Source of the DNA: Bacillota bacterium
Lineage (GTDB): Bacteria > Bacillota > Clostridia > Peptostreptococcales > Anaerovoracaceae
Assembly: GCA_025361765.1 (NCBI GenBank)
Contig: JANYJS010000102.1
Coordinates: 11,166-35,165 of the forward strand
Reading direction: 5' to 3'
DNA length: 24,000 nucleotides
Part shown: positions 9,247 to 16,853 of the stretch, one piece after another
Numbering within the stretch: position 1 is the first letter of the stretch
Layout: every line of letters starts with the position of its first letter
The notes under the pieces: model-generated
What the model saw: only the letters and a program-made list of their open reading frames with translations
Told to the model about the DNA's origin: nothing
Databases searched by the model: none
Position numbers and translations under genes: made by a program

Positions 9247-9651
9247 ATGAAAAGGTCAGAAGCAAGGGAATTAGTTATGCAGCTTCTATATCAAATGAAT
9301 ATTCAAAAAGATTATGGCGATGCCATTAAAGAGCGATTCGTTTTGGAGTACTTACCAAAATCTAATCAAACTGCTTATTTTGATGATTCACTGTCGACAG
9401 TACTGAATAACTTGGAACAAATTGATCAAGAGATTGAAGCATGTAGCGATAACTGGAAGATTAACCGGATTGACCAGGTAGATTTAGCCATATTAAGACT
9501 TTCTATAGCAGAGCTTTTGTTCATGGAGAATATCCCTGATTCTGCCTCTATTAATGAAGCAGTGGAATTAGCAAAGAAATATGGCGGATCCAATTCAGGC
9601 AAATTTATCAATGGAGTTCTCGGTAAGATTTCAAGAGGAAAGAATGCTTAA
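9247..9651 (+). CDS. nusB: Transcription antitermination factor NusB
   Basis: [16 protein letters not shown] is a typical NusB N-terminus. I prefer ATG 9247, preceded by GGAGGG at 9232-9237, over the TTG at 9229 used in the track. Confidence 0.9.
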   Translation: MKRSEARELVMQLLYQMNIQKDYGDAIKERFVLEYLPKSNQTAYFDDSLSTVLNNLEQIDQEIEACSDNWKINRIDQVDLAILRLSIAELLFMENIPDSASINEAVELAKKYGGSNSGKFINGVLGKISRGKNA

Positions 9652-10615
9652 AAAAGACTATTATCTCGGACTGGACACGAGCAATTACACCACTTCGATT
9701 GCTATTGTTGATTCCGATTTTAATGTGATAGCGGATCAGAGAAGATCTTTACGGGTTAAGGATGGCAGCCGCGGCCTTAGGCAATCGGAGGCCCTTTTTC
9801 AGCATAACGAAAATATACCGGATATGTTAGAAAGTATCTTTAAAATAATTGAAAAAAGCCAAATAAATGCTATTGGCGTAAGCAATAAGCCAAGACCCTT
9901 AGAGGGTTCTTACATGCCTGTTTTTAACGCTGGTGTAAACTATGCTAAAGTGATTAGCTCTGTTTTAAACTGCCCGTTATATTCATTTTCTCATCAAGAA
10001 GGGCATATTGAGGCGGCGCTCTCATCCTCACTTTTTAAGGAAAGTCCTAAATTTATTACTTTACACCTATCTGGTGGAACTAGTGAAGTTTTGTCCATTG
10101 ACAATTCCAGCTTCGGCTATGGAATCAAAGTTATCGGAGGGAGTAAAGATATTTCCTTTGGTCAGTTGATTGACCGAGTAGGCGTTGCGCTTTCGCATCC
10201 ATTTCCTTGCGGCGAAATTTTGGATCAGATTGCCAATAATTACCGGGGCAAAAATTTGCATTTATTGACCCCGATTTGTGTTGATGGATTGGTCTTTAAT
10301 CTTTCAGGGCTTGAAAGCCAATGCCAGAGAATCATCGCATCTCATTGTGACGCCGAAGCGCTCATTTATGAGTTGTTCTATATAATAAGTCAGTCTTTAT
10401 GTCAAATTGCCAAAAATTCAGTGGGTGAGAACCATAACAATAAAATTCTTTTTGTTGGTGGCGTTTCTGCAAGTAAATTTGTAAGGAACTATATTATAAA
10501 TTACTTTAAGGGTAAAGAAATCATACCGGTGTTCGGTGATCCAACATTTTCTACTGATAATGCAATTGGATGCGCCATTCTTTGTGCGAAATCCTTTATT
10601 GGATATCAAGGCTGA
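9644..10615 (+). CDS. Divergent Kae1/TsaD-like (peptidase M22 / ASKHA fold) protein, function unknown
   Basis: [17 protein letters not shown] resembles the TsaD phosphate-1 motif (GIETSCDET), and [11 protein letters not shown] resembles the TsaD HxxGH metal motif. The likely start is ATG 9644 (MLKKDYY), which overlaps the nusB stop by 8 nt. The track start at 9581 lies inside nusB. Confidence 0.6.
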   Translation: MLKKDYYLGLDTSNYTTSIAIVDSDFNVIADQRRSLRVKDGSRGLRQSEALFQHNENIPDMLESIFKIIEKSQINAIGVSNKPRPLEGSYMPVFNAGVNYAKVISSVLNCPLYSFSHQEGHIEAALSSSLFKESPKFITLHLSGGTSEVLSIDNSSFGYGIKVIGGSKDISFGQLIDRVGVALSHPFPCGEILDQIANNYRGKNLHLLTPICVDGLVFNLSGLESQCQRIIASHCDAEALIYELFYIISQSLCQIAKNSVGENHNNKILFVGGVSASKFVRNYIINYFKGKEIIPVFGDPTFSTDNAIGCAILCAKSFIGYQG

Positions 10616-10628
10616 AGGAATTTAAATT

Positions 10629-11840
10629 ATGGCTATAAAACCGATTAAAGTGTCACAAGTGAATAGTTACATCAAACGCATACTGCAAACAGATCCTGTT
10701 TTAGGAAATATTTCCGTAACCGGAGAAATTTCCAATTTGAAGTTTCACGGTACTGGTAATGTCTATTTTTCTTTGAAGGATAATGACAGCAAACTGAATT
10801 GCTTTTTATCATTGGAGTATTTAAAAAATTTGCACTATGAATTAGTTGATGGACTTTCGATTGTAGCCTCGGGAAACATCTATGTCTATGAACGAGGCGG
10901 ATCCTATTCGCTGAATGTTAAGGATATTTATATAGAAGGTGTGGGGAATTTAAGTATTGCCTTTGAAAAGCTTAAGGAAAAGCTTCAAAATGCTGGTTAT
11001 TTTGATCTTAGTCATAAAAAAATGATTCCTTCATTTCCCGGAAAAATCGCGGTAATAACCTCTGAGACTGGGGCTGTAATTCAAGACATTATAAAAACAA
11101 TCAAAATGCGAAATAATTATGTTGATATCCTGATTTTTCCTAGCTTGGTTCAAGGGAAAGGGGCAGCGCCTTTGATTGCAAAAGCAATTGAGGATATCAA
11201 TCAATTTTACGCGGACGTGGATACTATAATAATAGCCCGAGGAGGAGGCTCTATTGAAGAGCTTTGGGCCTTCAATGAAGAAATCGTCGCTGAGCGTATT
11301 TTTTCTTCCGTTATACCGATCATCTCAGCTATTGGCCATGAAACAGATTTTACCATAGCTGATTTTGTTGCTGATCAGAGAGCAGCCACTCCCACGGCCG
11401 CAGCTCAACTTGCCGTTCCTGAAACAATTCAAATTCAGCTTTATCTGGATGATCTAGCGTCACAAACGAAAAGATATTTGAATCATAAAATAAGCCTTTA
11501 TGACATGAAGTTAAGCAGCCGTAATTTTGATGCTTTAAAACAAATATTCATTTCTAGCATCGCACTTAAAACTTATAAAGTTGAGCAGTCAAAGGACAAC
11601 ATTCATCAAAGGTTAAGACATATCATAGTTGTAAACGAAGGCGTTTTGGAGGCTCTTAAAGCAACAATTGATGGTCTTAGTCCTTTGCAAATTATGGAAC
11701 GAGGATATGGCGCGATTATAAACAATGTGGGGAGACTTGTCAGATCCATAAGTGAAGTCAGTCAGGGAGAAGACATTGACATAAGGCTTAAAGATGGCAA
11801 TATATTAAGTACAATTACCCAAATAGCAATAAAGGAGTGA
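10629..11840 (+). CDS. xseA: Exodeoxyribonuclease VII large subunit
   Basis: 403 aa with an OB-fold N-terminus (VSQVNSYIKRILQTDPVLGNISVTGEISN) and the catalytic region IIARGGGSIEELWAFNEE...GHETDFT. Confidence 0.92.
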   Translation: MAIKPIKVSQVNSYIKRILQTDPVLGNISVTGEISNLKFHGTGNVYFSLKDNDSKLNCFLSLEYLKNLHYELVDGLSIVASGNIYVYERGGSYSLNVKDIYIEGVGNLSIAFEKLKEKLQNAGYFDLSHKKMIPSFPGKIAVITSETGAVIQDIIKTIKMRNNYVDILIFPSLVQGKGAAPLIAKAIEDINQFYADVDTIIIARGGGSIEELWAFNEEIVAERIFSSVIPIISAIGHETDFTIADFVADQRAATPTAAAQLAVPETIQIQLYLDDLASQTKRYLNHKISLYDMKLSSRNFDALKQIFISSIALKTYKVEQSKDNIHQRLRHIIVVNEGVLEALKATIDGLSPLQIMERGYGAIINNVGRLVRSISEVSQGEDIDIRLKDGNILSTITQIAIKE

Positions 11841-11846
11841 GTGAGA

Positions 11847-12065
11847 ATGATTAGCGATACAGAGATGACTTTTGAAATGGCTTTAGCAAAGCTTGAAGCT
11901 GCCGCAGATGCTTTAAAAAAAGACAGCACAACACTAGAAGAGGCTATGAATTATTTTGATGAAGGTTTAAAGCAGTACAATTACTGCAGTAAAATTCTTG
12001 CTGACGCCAAACAAAAGGTGCTATTATACGAAGCAGAAAACAATAGTCTGAAGGAGATGGACTAA
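11847..12065 (+). CDS. xseB: Exodeoxyribonuclease VII small subunit
   Basis: FEMALAKLEAAADALKKDSTTLEEAMNYFDEGLKQYNYC is typical XseB. ATG 11847 follows AAGGAG at 11832-11837. GTG 11841 is an alternative start. Confidence 0.85.
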   Translation: MISDTEMTFEMALAKLEAAADALKKDSTTLEEAMNYFDEGLKQYNYCSKILADAKQKVLLYEAENNSLKEMD

Positions 12066-12066
12066 A

Positions 12067-12963
12067 ATGAACAACATGGAGTACGCTCGGCTTAAGGCAT
12101 TCGTTGATTTGCATTTACTTGACTTCTTGCCAGAGGTTGACAATAATAGTATTACGATTTATGATTCGATGAAATATAGTCTAGAAGCTGGAGGAAAAAG
12201 GCTTAGACCCATACTGCTTCTTGAATCCTATAACTTTTGCGGAGAGAATATGTATTTGGCACTTCCTTATGCCTGTGCCGTTGAGTATATTCACACCTAT
12301 TCTCTCATTCATGATGATTTACCAGCTCTGGACAATGATGATCTTCGTAGGGGTAAACCCACCAATCACAAGATTTATGGGGAAGCAATCGCCATCATTG
12401 CCGGAGATGGGCTTTTGAATTCTGCTTTTGAGCTTATGAATAAAGATATGCTTTTGTATCTAGATGATCCTATAAAACTAAAACGCCGTATTAAAGCATC
12501 CTATGAAATATCAAAGGGAGCCGGTTGTAAAGGAATGATTGCAGGGCAGGTGGCTGATTTAGAGGCGGTCAATAAGAATTGTTCAAAAGAATTGCTTGAT
12601 TATATTCATGTCAATAAAACAGGTGCTTTGATTGTTGCATCGGTGCGTGCGGGAGCGCATCTAGGCGGAGCATCAGATAATATCCTGCATAGCTTAACGC
12701 TTTATGCGGAAAATATAGGTCTTGCCTTTCAAATTGTAGATGATATTCTCGATCTTTATGGCAGCGAAGTTGAAATGGGAAAGACTGTTGGCAGTGACTC
12801 CAAATTAAACAAGGCGACCTATCCTGCTTTGTATGGGCTAGACGCTTCTATGACAAAACTTAAGGAACTTCACAAGGCTGCTATCACTGCACTTGAACCT
12901 TATGGTAAGAGGGCAGATTTTCTCATTGAACTTGCAAATGAATTGGCAATTCGTATAAAATAA
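12067..12963 (+). CDS. ispA: Farnesyl diphosphate synthase (polyprenyl synthetase)
   Basis: First Asp-rich motif HDDLPALDNDDLRRG, second Asp-rich motif VDDILD, and the GKRLRP motif. It follows xseAB as in Bacillus. Confidence 0.9.
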   Translation: MNNMEYARLKAFVDLHLLDFLPEVDNNSITIYDSMKYSLEAGGKRLRPILLLESYNFCGENMYLALPYACAVEYIHTYSLIHDDLPALDNDDLRRGKPTNHKIYGEAIAIIAGDGLLNSAFELMNKDMLLYLDDPIKLKRRIKASYEISKGAGCKGMIAGQVADLEAVNKNCSKELLDYIHVNKTGALIVASVRAGAHLGGASDNILHSLTLYAENIGLAFQIVDDILDLYGSEVEMGKTVGSDSKLNKATYPALYGLDASMTKLKELHKAAITALEPYGKRADFLIELANELAIRIK

Positions 12964-12972
12964 TGCTATAAT
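12943..12972 (+). promoter_or_regulatory. Candidate sigma-A promoter for the downstream large ncRNA
   Basis: TTGGCA (12943-12948), an 18-nt spacer, then an extended -10 TGcTATAAT (12964-12972). The predicted TSS near 12979-12980 coincides with the 5' arm of the RNA closing helix. The -35 lies inside the ispA 3' end. Confidence 0.5.
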
Positions 12973-12976
12973 AATT

Positions 12977-13545
12977 CGAGTGGCGCAGTATTCTAGTCAG
13001 AGATTGTTGTTTTTGAGGGCGGGGCTAAAAATCCGATAAAGGGCACATCGATGAAGCTCCTTGTATTTGCTGCCGACGCCCAGTCGGGGGTATTTACTGG
13101 GAGAAAGAAGGTCAGGGCGATCCATAATGGCATATGGGCGTGAACCCTGTCTTCGTGGAGGCTTAAGGCTTATGCTTTAAGTATAAACCTGAGAAGTTGC
13201 AAGCTAGCAGCTTTTCAGTGTAGCCTGCCTTGAGTGGATAAAGGGAATAACAGATTAGATTCTTGTAAGTTCACGGCCGGGACTTCCTGATAATTGCTGT
13301 TTGAAACTAGTCTGCAAAAGAGGCTGAGAAACAATTATACTGGTGGGGAAAACCCCTAGACTGTATCATAAGTATATCAAGGATTACAGTACAAGCTAAG
13401 TGGCAATCCAGTACTTCGTACGGTAACGACGGAGGCAATGATTTAAAGGGGAACCGCTGATGTGGCGACTAATCAGCATCGTTGTGGGAAATCCAACTGG
13501 ACCTAAGCAGTAAAGTTTACTTGATATACTGCCACTTGTCTATTT
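12977..13545 (+). ncRNA. ole: OLE (ornate, large, extremophilic) RNA
   Basis: A 596-nt ORF-free gap between ispA and a 4-TM protein gene, followed by dxs and tlyA, which is the published OLE locus architecture. G+C is locally elevated: 31/60 and 32/60 for 13021-13140 against 18/60 for 13561-13620. A 12-bp long-range helix joins 12977-12990 to 13527-13538, with many local hairpins inside. The ends are approximate. Confidence 0.8.
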
Positions 13546-13559
13546 TTAAAGGATATAAA

Positions 13560-14111
13560 ATGAAACTTAAAAAAAATAAAGCTTCCACAAAGGATCATAA
13601 ACAATGGGTGGTATTGATTACGTTTGCCGCCTTTCTTTTATCAGTATTTATGAGTTATTTTTCAAAAATTCTGCTGGATAGCACCGGAAGGTTTATTTCA
13701 TTTGCCATACTGATTTTCATCATTTTTTTAGGAATCTTTTTCGATGCTATTGGTGTCGCTGTGACTGTCGCCGATGAAAGACCATTTCATTCAATGGCTT
13801 CCGCAAAGGTAAAAAGTGCTTCAAGTTCCATATTTCTTATTCGAAACGCCAGTAAGGTATCAAATTTCTGCAATGATGTCATTGGTGATATTTGCGGTAT
13901 TATTAGTGGTACGTCAGCGGCTTATATTATTGTAAAAATGCAAGGGGACTATCCAGCCATAGATATGGCCATAGTTTCGATTATTTTGAGCGGTTTAATA
14001 GCCGCTTTAACAATTGGCGGGAAAGCCGCAGGTAAAGAATTTGCCATGAATTATCCAAAAGAAATAGTAACTGCAGCAGGCAAAATCATATCGATATTCG
14101 AGAAGAAATAA
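13560..14111 (+). CDS. oapA: OLE-associated protein A (small four-TM membrane protein)
   Basis: 183 aa from ATG 13560 (MKLKKNKAST...). Four hydrophobic segments are present: WVVLITFAAFLLSVFMSYF, FISFAILIFIIFLGIFFDAIGVAV, VIGDICGIISGTSAAYIIV and MAIVSIILSGLIAALTIGG. It lies immediately 3' of the OLE-like RNA and 5' of dxs. Confidence 0.75.
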   Translation: MKLKKNKASTKDHKQWVVLITFAAFLLSVFMSYFSKILLDSTGRFISFAILIFIIFLGIFFDAIGVAVTVADERPFHSMASAKVKSASSSIFLIRNASKVSNFCNDVIGDICGIISGTSAAYIIVKMQGDYPAIDMAIVSIILSGLIAALTIGGKAAGKEFAMNYPKEIVTAAGKIISIFEKK

Positions 14112-14182
14112 TGGATTTGTAAAGGATTAATCAGGGCATAAGAATATAGGATGCATATAACTAAGAAAGAAGAAAAGATATC

Positions 14183-16060
14183 ATGAGCAAAAAAATATTG
14201 GAATATCATTTCCCAGAAGATTTAAAAACCATGTCTGACCATGAGCTTGGATTATTATCATATGAAATCAGAGATTTTCTAATAGATATTGTTTCTAAAA
14301 CTGGTGGCCACATTGCTTCTAATTTAGGCGTGGTTGAGCTTACTATAGCGCTTCATAAGGTTTATAACAGCCCAAGAGATAAAATCGTCTGGGACGTGGG
14401 TCATCAATCCTATACCCATAAGATTCTGACCGGAAGAGCTAAACAGTTTCATACTTTAAGGCAGCTTAATGGGCTTAGCGGATTTCCCAAAAGGCAAGAA
14501 AGCCCACATGATACTTTCGACTCTGGCCATAGCAGTAATTCAATATCAGTAGCCCTTGGCCTTGCTTGCGCTAGAGATATCAAAGGGGATCAAGAATCGA
14601 TTATAGCTGTAATAGGAGATGGGGCTCTCAGTGGTGGCGTCGCCTACGAAGCATTAAACAACGCTGGTCATTCAAAAGAGAATATGACCGTTATTTTAAA
14701 CGATAATGAAATGTCTATTAGTAGAAATTCAGGAGGCATGTCTTCACATCTTGGGAAACTTCGGGTGTCAAAAGAGTACAATGCGTTTAAAAAGCAACTC
14801 AAGAAAACCATTTCCGGTATCCCTATATTGGGCGATAGTCTTTATAGTGGTCTTGGGCATTTTAGAAATGCCATTAAATATGCCGTAGTTCCCGGAGTCA
14901 TTTTTGAAGAATTGGGTTTTAAGTATCTCGGACCTGTTGATGGCCATAACATACATGATTTGATTGAAGTATTCGAAATTTCCAAATTAGTCGAAGGGCC
15001 GATTTTAATCCATGTTGTTACAAAAAAAGGCAAAGGTTATACAACTGCCGAAAAAAGTCCTTCTAAATTTCACGGTGTAGGCCCATTCGACCCAGCTACC
15101 GGCGAAATGCACGATCAGTGCTCGGCAAAGGCCTATTCAACGATATTTGGCAATAAGTTGATTGAATTAGCGAATGAAGACCAAAGTATTGTTGCTATTA
15201 GTGCTGCTATGATTGAAGGAACTGGCCTCGAAAAATTTGCTGAGCGGTTTCCATTAAGGACTTTCGATGTTGCTATCGCGGAGCAGCATGCAGTTAGTTT
15301 TGCTGCCGGATTGGCATTAAACGGCTTAAAGCCAGTAGTGGCAATTTATTCGACTTTTTTGCAGCGCGCCTATGACGAAATTTTAATGGATGTTTGCCTG
15401 CAAAATCTACCCGTCATTTTTGCGATTGACCGTGCCGGAATTGTTGGTGCAGACGGAGAAACGCATCATGGTATTTTTGATTTGTCATTTCTCACTTCAA
15501 TGCCCAATATGACAGTCATGGCCCCAAAAGATGACAAAGAGCTTTCAGCCATGCTGGATTATGCGTTTAAATTAGGGACACCATGCGCAATAAGATATCC
15601 TCGCGGTAATATTGAAAATTTTGAAGGCAATGAGTGTGAAAACCCTATAAATGGATCATCGGAAATTTATAGATCTGGCACAGATGCTACGATCATTGCT
15701 GTGGGAAAAATGATGGCAAATGCAATTAAAGCCCTAGATTATATTGAGTTAAGAGGTAAGAGCGTTGAGCTTATCAATGCAAGATTTGTGAAACCCCTCG
15801 ATATCGCAACTATTATTAAAAGCGCTACTAAAACTAAAATTATTATTACTTTAGAAGATAATACGCTCTGCGGAGGTTTTAGCAGTAGCATTGCTTTGGC
15901 GATGGCAGAAAATCAAATCGAAGGTGTAAAGCTACATGCCTTTGGTTGGCCGGATAAATTCATTCAGCATGGAAGTATTTCTGAGCTCGAAAAAATATTT
16001 GGTCTCGATCCTATAAGTTTAGCTGATAAGGTGTGTGAAATTATTGAAGGAAAGAATTGA
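14183..16060 (+). CDS. dxs: 1-deoxy-D-xylulose-5-phosphate synthase
   Basis: 625 aa with GGHIASNLGVVELTIALH, the ThDP motif GDGALSGGVAYEALNNAG...NDN, and a transketolase-like C-terminal domain. Confidence 0.95.
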   Translation: MSKKILEYHFPEDLKTMSDHELGLLSYEIRDFLIDIVSKTGGHIASNLGVVELTIALHKVYNSPRDKIVWDVGHQSYTHKILTGRAKQFHTLRQLNGLSGFPKRQESPHDTFDSGHSSNSISVALGLACARDIKGDQESIIAVIGDGALSGGVAYEALNNAGHSKENMTVILNDNEMSISRNSGGMSSHLGKLRVSKEYNAFKKQLKKTISGIPILGDSLYSGLGHFRNAIKYAVVPGVIFEELGFKYLGPVDGHNIHDLIEVFEISKLVEGPILIHVVTKKGKGYTTAEKSPSKFHGVGPFDPATGEMHDQCSAKAYSTIFGNKLIELANEDQSIVAISAAMIEGTGLEKFAERFPLRTFDVAIAEQHAVSFAAGLALNGLKPVVAIYSTFLQRAYDEILMDVCLQNLPVIFAIDRAGIVGADGETHHGIFDLSFLTSMPNMTVMAPKDDKELSAMLDYAFKLGTPCAIRYPRGNIENFEGNECENPINGSSEIYRSGTDATIIAVGKMMANAIKALDYIELRGKSVELINARFVKPLDIATIIKSATKTKIIITLEDNTLCGGFSSSIALAMAENQIEGVKLHAFGWPDKFIQHGSISELEKIFGLDPISLADKVCEIIEGKN

Positions 16061-16853
16061 TATTCTGCTTGTGAATAAAGGCTTTTTTCTGTCTAGGGAA
16101 AGAGCCAAAAGTTCTATTATGGCCGGAATTGTCTATGTTGACAACCAGCGCTGCGATAAAGCAGGATCTATGATTGACGTCGATTCCCAAATATACGTTA
16201 AGGAAAATTTATGCCCTTTTGTCAGCAGAGGTGGGCTTAAATTGGAAAAAGCCTTTAAAGCCTTTAATTTGGATTTAGAAGGCTTAGTTTGTATGGATAT
16301 CGGCGCTTCAACGGGTGGTTTTACAGATTTTATGCTCCAAAATGGAGTTTCAAAAGTATATACTGTTGATGTCGGATACGGTCAATTGGATTGGAAACTG
16401 CGTAACGATCCTAGGGTAGTAAATATGGAAAAAATCAATATTAGATATTTGGATATTAAGAAAATTCCTGAATCAATTGATTTTATTAGCATTGACGTAT
16501 CTTTCATCTCTCTCAAATTGGTTTTCCCCATTGCTGCTGCTTTGCTCAAAGATAATGGTTATATAGTTTGTCTTGTAAAGCCCCAGTTTGAAGCAGGCAG
16601 AAATAAGGTTGGGAAAAATGGCATCGTTCGTGATCAAGATGTTCAAATAGAAGTATTAAATAATGTAGCCGGTTATGCTACTGCCCGAGGCCTTGCCGTG
16701 CAGGGCATTACTTACTCCCCAGTAACTGGGGCTAAAGGAAATATTGAATATTTATTATTATTGAAAAAAAATGATGATAGCACTAATCTTAATTATGAAT
16801 TAATAAAACAGACCGTGCAAGAAGCGCATGAGTCACTAGGAGGCAAACTATGA
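16035..16853 (+). CDS. tlyA: TlyA family rRNA (cytidine-2'-O)-methyltransferase (S4 + FtsJ domains)
   Basis: S4-like N-terminus (RIDILLVNKGFFLSRERAKSSIMAG), SAM motif DIGASTGGFTD and KPQFE. GTG start at 16035 overlaps the dxs end by 26 nt; TTG 16044 is an alternative. Confidence 0.85.
   Translation: MKLLKERIDILLVNKGFFLSRERAKSSIMAGIVYVDNQRCDKAGSMIDVDSQIYVKENLCPFVSRGGLKLEKAFKAFNLDLEGLVCMDIGASTGGFTDFMLQNGVSKVYTVDVGYGQLDWKLRNDPRVVNMEKINIRYLDIKKIPESIDFISIDVSFISLKLVFPIAAALLKDNGYIVCLVKPQFEAGRNKVGKNGIVRDQDVQIEVLNNVAGYATARGLAVQGITYSPVTGAKGNIEYLLLLKKNDDSTNLNYELIKQTVQEAHESLGGKL

Noticed and set aside
9229-9643. Upstream starts given in the track for nusB (TTG 9229) and the Kae1-like gene (ATG 9581)
   Set aside because: GGAGGG at 9232-9237 serves ATG 9247, which gives the canonical NusB N-terminus. 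The start at 9581 lies 70 nt inside nusB in another frame and adds a non-homologous 21-aa extension before the conserved [13 protein letters not shown] start.
13482-13559. TTG-initiated 5' extension of the membrane protein ORF (the 209-aa version in the track)
   Set aside because: The extra 26 codons lie inside the structured RNA, including its 3' closing-helix arm, and have no RBS. They encode a non-membrane, Cys/Tyr/Leu-rich peptide unlike a signal or conserved domain. ATG 13560 with a basic N-terminus is the natural start.
12964-13559. Alternative identities for the long gap: riboswitch or T-box leader, RNase P RNA, tmRNA, group II intron remnant, or a degraded pseudogene
   Set aside because: It is too long for a leader and has no terminator/antiterminator pair before the downstream gene. 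It lacks the RNase P GAGGAAAGUCC core (only a loose resemblance in GGGAGAAAGAAGGTCAGGG), a tRNA-like end with a tag ORF, and a recognisable intron domain V or reverse-transcriptase ORF. No frame shows residual coding potential. The synteny matches OLE specifically.
14112-14182. Possible promoter or terminator in the 71-nt oapA-dxs gap (TTGTAA ... AAGAAT/TATAGG)
   Set aside because: The -10 candidates are poor and the spacing is ambiguous. There is no stem-loop with a T-tract. I could not support a call either way from sequence alone.
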